The notes below the pieces were generated by a model. It was not told where the DNA came from. It saw only the letters and a list, made by a program, of their open reading frames with translations, and made no database searches. Positions 1 to 6,233 of a stretch of 64,000 nt of DNA are shown here, in pieces; within the stretch, counting starts at the first letter, position 1, and each line of letters opens with the position of its first letter. The stretch spans positions 1-64,000 of IMG/VR virus record IMGVR_UViG_3300031963_000004. One strand, 5' to 3'. The translations under genes were made by a program, and so were the position numbers.

Positions 1-1
1 C

Positions 2-265
2 ACCTGGAACAGATGATATAATATCTTTTACGGTCATTTGGCGAGTTTGTATTTTAGCATCAGCACCGAACTGTTTTGGAGCACCTGAACTTGGTCCTGG
101 TTGCGGCACGCCTTCAGACATAGATTCACCACCGCCATCACCGCCTCCATTGCCATCACCGCTATAACCACTATAATAAGCGTAGCCAGGAAAAAAGTAA
201 CCACCGTAGTGCTTCTTACTTTTTTTGGTTTTCTTTTTTTCTGTTATGAATTCGTAGGCTCTCAT
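2..265 (-). CDS. Hypothetical protein with MRAYEFITE leader (5' part only; runs off window start)
   Basis: Manually translated: MRAYEFITEKKKTKKSKKHYGGYFFPGYAYYSGYSGDGNGGGDGGGESMSEGVPQPG...; its ATG overlaps the TGA of 262..678 (ATGA). Not in the ORF track. Confidence 0.8.
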   Translation of the reverse strand, partial: MRAYEFITEKKKTKKSKKHYGGYFFPGYAYYSGYSGDGNGGGDGGGESMSEGVPQPGPSSGAPKQFGADAKIQTRQMTVKDIISSVPG

Positions 266-678
266 ATATTAAAATATTCTTTACCAATAATTGCACTTGG
301 TGGTATTACACCACTGTATATGTAAGTTTCTTCACCTGTATCATCATCTCTTTGAAAATGCGGATCGGCTCTTAGCAGTTGTTGATTTAACTTATTTTGA
401 TCAATTTTAAAGATTACACCACCTTGATTCATTAATTCTAATATTTGTTTTTCATGTTCAGCATCGGGCTCTATCACACTTGGATCAACAAAACTACTTG
501 CTATATCTGGATAATTACTTAGATACACATAATTTTTATCACTCCAGTCAAACATTCTTAGATTGCCACCAGGCAATAGCCCGCTTTTTAATATACTGGG
601 CTCAAACGCTCTCAATGTCGCATGATATAATGGTTCGTAATCATATGCTATTTCTAAAATAATTTCTGCGGCTCTCAT
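262..678 (-). CDS. Putative ADP-ribosyltransferase-fold protein (Tpt1/KptA-like NAD-binding domain)
   Basis: LYHAT..SILKSGLLP..VYLS..IFKID..YIYSGVIPPSAI follows the LYHGT/GL.P/VHLS/IL.ID/VPP pattern of the Tpt1/KptA ART domain; MRAAEIILE leader. Confidence 0.6.
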   Translation of the reverse strand: MRAAEIILEIAYDYEPLYHATLRAFEPSILKSGLLPGGNLRMFDWSDKNYVYLSNYPDIASSFVDPSVIEPDAEHEKQILELMNQGGVIFKIDQNKLNQQLLRADPHFQRDDDTGEETYIYSGVIPPSAIIGKEYFNI

Positions 679-1592
679 TAGTAATCATTCTCTGCTGAGT
701 GATCTAAATTTAGATACAGTTGCCATTGACGATCTGGAAACTTTGATAGATAAGCATTTAACATGGTATTCCAACTACCTGCCATTCTTTCTTGTATCTG
801 ACTAAGTGTGATTGGATCATCACGCATATCCATTATTTGACCATATTCAAGTTCAAGTTCATCCGTGTCATAACCTTCATCTTTGTATTGGTCAACAATG
901 TCATCTACATCACTATCACTTTTAACTGGATGATCATCTAATGATATACCAAAATGGAACTGATATTTTTCGCCTTGATACTCTGGTTGTTTAGGTATTG
1001 CTATTAATATAGGCGCTATACCATGATAATACTTAAACATGTTATTACCTTTAGTAGCGGCAGTACACCAGCGTGTACCTTGACCATAGTAGCATGATGC
1101 AGGTTCATCTTGTGGTACTATTACTCTCCAACTGTCATCTTCGTATAATGTAAATGCAGTACCTTTATCTTTTAGTTGTTGAGCATCAGGATCAGGATAC
1201 TCATCCATAACGCTCATAAAATCACCAAAGTTACTATACTTGTTAATATCGTTGCGTGGACTAGGTATTTTTTTACGCTGAACAAGTTTATAAAATTTAG
1301 TCAAAGAGTCAAATAGATAACCATCTAATACATCTTCAAGTTTTGTACTAGCATCATTCGCATATGTTCTTGCTATCCATTGCACATATTGTTTGTTAGG
1401 TGTAGGATCTGCTTCTTGAAATCTATCTAATGCAAAGCCTAATAATTCTTCTGGATCAATTTGTTGTATTGGATCGTCGCCGTAAATTCTTTGAACTGTA
1501 CGGTCCCCCAACATTTTTTTATAAATCGCTGCACCTAAGTTTTGTACAGTTTTATTACGATCATATTCAATTAAAAATTCTGTTGCTCTCAT
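678..1592 (-). CDS. PcfJ-like (GxGTxWCT motif) protein
   Basis: ASCYYGQGTRWCTAA motif followed by MFKYY and EKYQFHF; MRATEFLIE leader. Confidence 0.5.
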   Translation of the reverse strand: MRATEFLIEYDRNKTVQNLGAAIYKKMLGDRTVQRIYGDDPIQQIDPEELLGFALDRFQEADPTPNKQYVQWIARTYANDASTKLEDVLDGYLFDSLTKFYKLVQRKKIPSPRNDINKYSNFGDFMSVMDEYPDPDAQQLKDKGTAFTLYEDDSWRVIVPQDEPASCYYGQGTRWCTAATKGNNMFKYYHGIAPILIAIPKQPEYQGEKYQFHFGISLDDHPVKSDSDVDDIVDQYKDEGYDTDELELEYGQIMDMRDDPITLSQIQERMAGSWNTMLNAYLSKFPDRQWQLYLNLDHSAENDY

Positions 1593-1595
1593 AGT

Positions 1596-1955
1596 TTATG
1601 CTACTTCTATAATAGGTACAAAGGCACTTTGATACATGTTCCAATCTTTATCCATAACTGTATAAGCTATGTAACGTTTACTTTCAGTATCTTTAACTCG
1701 AAACTTTATAAAAAGATTATTAGTGTTATCATGTAAAAGAAACATATGTCCTGGAGCTAACTGCTTAAGTTTAGCTTTAGCTTTCGGTAATTTATTTAGT
1801 GTATTTATAACTTCATTAGGTGTCCAATCTCGTTGAGCCATTCTATCAAAAAGATGTTTATCTATTATGATAGTGTAATTTCCAACCTGAATGTTACCTG
1901 CATACTCAAATGGTCTGCGTGATTTTTCTTCGGTTAGAAATTCAGTAGCTCTCAT
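1596..1955 (-). CDS. Hypothetical protein, possible BECR/DUF4258-like RNase fold
   Basis: Start moved to ATG 1955 (MRATEFLTE, ATGA overlap with upstream stop); IDKHLFDRMAQR resembles the H-x2/3-RM-x-QR helix of DUF4258/RelE-like toxins; ends in YTVM strand. Confidence 0.55.
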   Translation of the reverse strand: MRATEFLTEEKSRRPFEYAGNIQVGNYTIIIDKHLFDRMAQRDWTPNEVINTLNKLPKAKAKLKQLAPGHMFLLHDNTNNLFIKFRVKDTESKRYIAYTVMDKDWNMYQSAFVPIIEVA

Positions 1956-2629
1956 AGATTTCTTTCCCATATTACAAAAGGATCGTTTACTATAATAGTA
2001 CCATCTGGACGCTGCATGTAATTGCCACGGTGTAAGTCTAAACTATAGTTATGTTTTTTAGCAAAATTTTTAACTATGTATACGGTTTGTAATAATGCTT
2101 TAGCCTTATCTAAACCGCCTAGATAATCAATAACTTGGTCAGCTTCAAACCATTCGGGTTCATCGTCATTATCAAAACTATCATGTTGAGCCCAGTCAGC
2201 AATTTTTTCCCATGCTTTAAAATAATCGCCTTTACCTGCGTACTTAGCTGCTTGATCTAATAGGTAAATTACCTTACCTACTGAGTCTGGTAACTCTCGT
2301 AGTTCTTCCATTCTGGCTTGAATATATTTTTTACCTTGAAATTCAAAACTTTCAAAGCCACTAAATTTTGGTAAGTGAGGATTATCAGTATTTTTATTAC
2401 AATAGTTGATCCAATTAACAAACATTTTTTGATCTGGACTAAAATCTAAATAATGTCCTTGACGATAACCAAACACAATAAACACTTGACCGTTTGGCTC
2501 AAGATATGCTTGTTTATCTATACCGCCACCTAGATACTTGTAACCTTTGTCCATCAAAGCCTGTCTAATACCGCCGTGAATCTTACCGGCCATTTCTTCA
2601 AGTTCATTATTAAACTCAAAAAATCTCAC
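1952..2629 (-). CDS. Protein-kinase-like protein
   Basis: Gly-rich loop LGGGIDKQAY, NPHLPKF, hinge MEEL, catalytic loop DLHRGNYM and NDPF (DFG equivalent). Confidence 0.7.
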   Translation of the reverse strand: MRFFEFNNELEEMAGKIHGGIRQALMDKGYKYLGGGIDKQAYLEPNGQVFIVFGYRQGHYLDFSPDQKMFVNWINYCNKNTDNPHLPKFSGFESFEFQGKKYIQARMEELRELPDSVGKVIYLLDQAAKYAGKGDYFKAWEKIADWAQHDSFDNDDEPEWFEADQVIDYLGGLDKAKALLQTVYIVKNFAKKHNYSLDLHRGNYMQRPDGTIIVNDPFVIWERNL

Positions 2630-3024
2630 TGGAATATCTCCGGATGTTTCTCACCATATATTTTGATGAACTTACCTGCTAATACATCTGCTTCTTGTTC
2701 AATTGGACTACCAGGATAACTATCACCAGGCTGTATCTGTCCTAACTCACCTTGACGTACATGCACTAATTCATGAAATACTGTGCGTAGTATATCAACT
2801 AAGTTTCTGTTTTTAGCGTAAACCCAAACTTTGTTATCGTCAGTAGTATGACGACCGGTATGATGCCCTTGCTGTGCTTCTTCAGTATCTTTACTGTATT
2901 CAATGTCAGGGATGGTTTCTAGCTTGAGGATTCTCGCAGCCCAATTTACGAAATCGTCTAAGATTTCTTCTTCGTTAGCCACAAGGATATTAGATTTTGA
3001 TTCTGTTATTTCACGAATTTTCAT
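2626..3024 (-). CDS. Zincin-like metallopeptidase
   Basis: HExxH motif (FHELVHVRQ) with downstream third-ligand motif EQEAD; MKIREITE leader. Confidence 0.7.
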   Translation of the reverse strand: MKIREITESKSNILVANEEEILDDFVNWAARILKLETIPDIEYSKDTEEAQQGHHTGRHTTDDNKVWVYAKNRNLVDILRTVFHELVHVRQGELGQIQPGDSYPGSPIEQEADVLAGKFIKIYGEKHPEIFQ

Positions 3025-3031
3025 AATCTAG

Positions 3032-3039
3032 TATTTATC
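3032..3039 (-). promoter_or_regulatory. T4-late-like promoter heading the leader-tagged gene array
   Basis: GATAAATA 7 nt before ATG 3024. Confidence 0.6.
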
Positions 3040-3040
3040 G

Positions 3041-3745
3041 CTAGTTCCGCAACTTAGCGAGTTTGAAAAAGCGTAAAATAGTTAGATATATCCAGCCTAT
3101 ATCTACTTCGTAAGGCTTCTTACTAAGTTTAGGATTTGCTGGATCTAGATGATGATTGTTATGTAGTTCTTCGCCACCGATGATTATGCCCCATGGTGCA
3201 ATGTTTTTACTTTGATCTTTGGTCTCACCGTTACGATAACCCCACCAGTGACCTATACCATTGATTACTCCTGCTGCCCAAAAGGGTATCCACAGCATTT
3301 GTACGCCCCATATTATGGCGCCCATCCAACCAAAGACAATGAGGTTGAACACAAGGAGAATACTAATGCCAAGTCTGCTGTGAGGTGTGTATAACTTACG
3401 CTCAATCCAGTCATTAGGAGTACCGATGCCATAAGTATTAACCATCTCTTTATCTTTGCTTGCGTCATTGTATAATAAAGCTCCCTTAAATAATACATGC
3501 CATATACCGTGTGTGACTGGGCTATGTGGATCACCTTCTAGTTCACAGAATCTATGATGTTTACGATGAACTGCGACCCATTGTTTAGTAACCATACCTG
3601 TTGTTAACCATAACCAAAAACGCATGAAGTGGCTAATGATTGGATTAAACTCTATACCTTTATGTGCTTGACCACGATGTAAGTATAAGGTTACACATAT
3701 GATTGTTATGTGTGTTGTGATTAGTGTATATAAAATTGCTGTCAT
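3041..3745 (-). CDS. Membrane fatty acid (acyl-lipid/acyl-CoA, delta-9 type) desaturase
   Basis: Histidine boxes LHRGQAH, HRKHH and EELHNNHH, NGIGHWWGYRN, and hydrophobic TM segments. Confidence 0.92.
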   Translation of the reverse strand: MTAILYTLITTHITIICVTLYLHRGQAHKGIEFNPIISHFMRFWLWLTTGMVTKQWVAVHRKHHRFCELEGDPHSPVTHGIWHVLFKGALLYNDASKDKEMVNTYGIGTPNDWIERKLYTPHSRLGISILLVFNLIVFGWMGAIIWGVQMLWIPFWAAGVINGIGHWWGYRNGETKDQSKNIAPWGIIIGGEELHNNHHLDPANPKLSKKPYEVDIGWIYLTILRFFKLAKLRN

Positions 3746-3770
3746 AATTGCTCACTTTAACTCTATTTTG

Positions 3771-3837
3771 GGGCACGACTCCCGGAGAGTAGCGCAGCAG
3801 CCGCGCCCTCACGGTCCTAAGGTGAAGTCTTAAGTGC
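3771..3837 (-). ncRNA. Candidate structured cis-regulatory RNA in desaturase leader (family unassigned)
   Basis: 40/60 G+C over 3771-3830 in an AT-rich genome; pairings GCAC..GACUUC/GGAGUC.GUGC, UUCAC/GUGAG, GCGCGG/CUGCGC, ACUC/GAGU. Confidence 0.5.
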
Positions 3838-4006
3838 TTTTGTAACCAGCTATATTTTTTGCTTCTAGTTCTCTTAGGTCATTAGCTACATCACTTACAC
3901 CATGCCAATCTTCAATGGCAATCATAACCTGTAAGTATTCAAGCAATATTTCTTTTTGTGTTTGGAAGTCTGTGTAGTCTTTAATTAGAGTCTTTTTTTG
4001 GCTCAT
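3830..4006 (-). CDS. Small hypothetical protein (58 aa)
   Basis: Manual translation MSQKKTLIKDYTDFQTQKEILLEYLQVMIAIEDWHGVSDVANDLRELEAKNIAGYKST; fills the operon gap; below track cutoff. Confidence 0.7.
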   Translation of the reverse strand: MSQKKTLIKDYTDFQTQKEILLEYLQVMIAIEDWHGVSDVANDLRELEAKNIAGYKST

Positions 4007-4157
4007 CTTTTTTTTCTTCTTTCTTTTGTTCTTGTTGTACTATTGGAGCTGGTTCTTTTTTCTCTGGCATGTATTTGTCAACTGCCCAATTTGCAGTCAT
4101 CCAGCCCATTGCGCTGAAGAAGCCCCACACTATCATATAAGGTATCTCGCCTATCAT
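3981..4157 (-). CDS. Small membrane protein (58 aa)
   Basis: Manual translation MIGEIPYMIVWGFFSAMGWMTANWAVDKYMPEKKEP...; hydrophobic N-terminus, charged tail; ATGA overlap with upstream stop. Confidence 0.7.
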   Translation of the reverse strand: MIGEIPYMIVWGFFSAMGWMTANWAVDKYMPEKKEPAPIVQQEQKKEEKKDEPKKDSN

Positions 4158-4357
4158 TTTTTGTCCCTTTTAGAAACTGCATCTTTTAACATACTTTTGA
4201 GAAGTAAGATAACACGGTTCTTTTCTTTCTCAGTCAAGTATTTAACTAAGATTAACTTGTCATCATAACTTTTTGCGTTATCTAAAAACTCTTCGGGGAC
4301 TGTTAGTTTGGGTTTTTTGAACTTTTTTAGATTCGCTTTGATATCATCGTCGCTCAT
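4154..4357 (-). CDS. Hypothetical protein (67 aa)
   Basis: ORF abutting neighbours in the minus-strand operon. Confidence 0.65.
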   Translation of the reverse strand: MSDDDIKANLKKFKKPKLTVPEEFLDNAKSYDDKLILVKYLTEKEKNRVILLLKSMLKDAVSKRDKK

Positions 4358-4542
4358 TAATTTAATTTCGTCACATTCACTACGCTATCATCACCATACG
4401 CTGCGTTTAATAAGGCTTTAGCCTGTGACAAATCATCAGCAAATACAACTGTTTTGACTGTTAGTGAACCTGACTTACCAGTTTTGATTTTTAAGGTAGC
4501 AGAGTATTTGTTTATTTTATCTAAAAAGTCTTTAGCTTTCAT
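4357..4542 (-). CDS. Hypothetical protein (61 aa)
   Basis: ORF coupled to downstream gene (TAATG overlap); MKAKDFL start resembles the shared leader. Confidence 0.65.
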   Translation of the reverse strand: MKAKDFLDKINKYSATLKIKTGKSGSLTVKTVVFADDLSQAKALLNAAYGDDSVVNVTKLN

Positions 4543-4549
4543 TATTTTA

Positions 4550-4615
4550 TTAATGTTCCCCGTATGGGACTACTGGACGATCATCATCTGGGTTTGGGGT
4601 ATTTGGATCTCTCAT
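4550..4615 (-). CDS. Putative 21-aa micro-ORF (MRDPNTPNPDDDRPVVPYGEH)
   Basis: ATG overlaps the dps stop (ATGA) and the ORF fills the gap to the next gene. Confidence 0.4.
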   Translation of the reverse strand: MRDPNTPNPDDDRPVVPYGEH

Positions 4616-5052
4616 GCTCTATCTACTTTAAGAAAACTACGTAACATCCAACCATGTTTACCATGGGCATCGATACGTTCTGCTATGTAGTTTGCGATAG
4701 CTTGATTTTCTTCGTTTGCTAAGGGAAAAATAGCATTTAATAATTCAATAATTTTTAAGTTATCTTCATATAATTCAGCAAGCATTAATTCAGCACGTGG
4801 TATCTTGACCTGATCTTGAATTATACTTAATTCCATAAATCTTGCTAAACTGCCAGGAGTATATTGGTCAAGAACACGAATAAATTCTGCTGTTCTATCG
4901 ATAGAATTTTCAAATACTTCTGTGTTTAACTCATCTAAGAATTTGTGATATTCTGAAAAATTAGGACCCTCGACATTCCAATGGAAGTTATGTGCTTTTA
5001 AATAAAACACAAAACTACTTGCTAATAATATTTTTAACTGTTCTGCTAACAT
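4612..5052 (-). CDS. dps: Dps / ferritin-like DNA protection protein
   Basis: KAHNFHWNVEGPNFSEYHKFLDEL..IDRTAEFIR and terminal HGKHGWMLRS signature. Confidence 0.9.
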   Translation of the reverse strand: MLAEQLKILLASSFVFYLKAHNFHWNVEGPNFSEYHKFLDELNTEVFENSIDRTAEFIRVLDQYTPGSLARFMELSIIQDQVKIPRAELMLAELYEDNLKIIELLNAIFPLANEENQAIANYIAERIDAHGKHGWMLRSFLKVDRA

Positions 5053-5060
5053 AAATCCTC

Positions 5061-6233
5061 TTAGTGTTTCAATAGTAATGTACTCAACACGCCAGGATCT
5101 CTAGCAGTTAAATCTGGTTCGCCAGGAGTAATAATAACATTGTACTTCATCTGTGGATTCTTTCTACCCTTAGTTTCCCATTCATTGTATGTAAGAATAC
5201 TATTTGCACTGATACCATATTCGCCGGCTAATCTTTGTTTTAGTTCAGGGATCTTGTCAGGTATAACCTGCCATTGGCCTTGTGGACCCTTAACAAGATT
5301 TTTCTTTTCATCCTTAACTAACAAATCATAGAATAAGTTTGTTGGAACAATGCGACTATTTTTTGTTTGTGCTAAACTTGGATCCGCTGCTTTAACTTTC
5401 TTTTCTTGTGAAGTATGTGCACCTTCACTCCAGTTAATCATAAAGTTATTTGGCTTCTGACCTAATACAACATCAGCAACTTTAGTATAAGCATAGAACA
5501 GTACATTTGGATTAGATTGTGCTAGATTATACGCTAATTGAATATATTCTGGGCTAAAGAAGTCACCTGAATCATGCCAGCGAATAGTTACATTATATCC
5601 TGCTTTTTGTCCTTTAGCAACCTCTTTTTTAATCTCATTATCTAGTTGATTGAAGAAACCACTTGGATCATTAAGTAAATATGTTAGCATTCTTGCTCTG
5701 CTTAACCAGGCCGCTTCAAATTGTACAAAGCCACCTTTCATAGCAAAGCAATCTACTTTACAACTACCTGCTCCGGGACATGTGTTTACTATAATTAATT
5801 TACCGGTAGATTCATCTAAAGCAATACCAACTAATGCAGCAAAGCCAACATTAAAGAATTGTTCTTCAGCACCATCACTGTGCTTCATCTTTTCATTTTT
5901 CTTTAATATCTTATCTGGTCTTATTGATAAAGCTTGTTTAATATCTTCTTCTCTATAACGTTTACCCGAAGCATCATAGTATTTTACAACACTACTACGG
6001 TGAACATATGGTAACTTATATTTGTCTGTTTTACCTTTTTCTTGACCTGCAATACGACCCATGTAATCTTGAAATTCTTCATCACCAAACTCTCTTGATG
6101 GTGCAGGTAATTTAGTAGCTTCATCTACTTCTTGCTCTCCTGCTTGTGCTACGAACTCCTCAGGGCTCATAATTTGAACACCCGGTAATGCACCAGGCAT
6201 CTCGCTTTCTAATAGTAAGTCTGTAATTTTCAT
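5061..6233 (-). CDS. Phage Gp88-like protein (Cys-cluster, possible Fe-S)
   Basis: TCPGAGSCKVDCFAMKG (Cx5Cx3C), IRWHDSGDFF, FYAYTK; MKITDLLLE leader. Confidence 0.65.
   Translation of the reverse strand: MKITDLLLESEMPGALPGVQIMSPEEFVAQAGEQEVDEATKLPAPSREFGDEEFQDYMGRIAGQEKGKTDKYKLPYVHRSSVVKYYDASGKRYREEDIKQALSIRPDKILKKNEKMKHSDGAEEQFFNVGFAALVGIALDESTGKLIIVNTCPGAGSCKVDCFAMKGGFVQFEAAWLSRARMLTYLLNDPSGFFNQLDNEIKKEVAKGQKAGYNVTIRWHDSGDFFSPEYIQLAYNLAQSNPNVLFYAYTKVADVVLGQKPNNFMINWSEGAHTSQEKKVKAADPSLAQTKNSRIVPTNLFYDLLVKDEKKNLVKGPQGQWQVIPDKIPELKQRLAGEYGISANSILTYNEWETKGRKNPQMKYNVIITPGEPDLTARDPGVLSTLLLKH

Noticed and set aside
101-325. Plus-strand 74-aa hydrophobic ORF
   Set aside because: Antisense to the leader-bearing minus-strand gene 2..265, which fits the operon.
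3771-3837. Cloverleaf-like fold ending near CCA as a tRNA
   Set aside because: No T-loop TTC motif, no canonical anticodon loop, bulged acceptor-like stem; kept only as an unassigned structured RNA.
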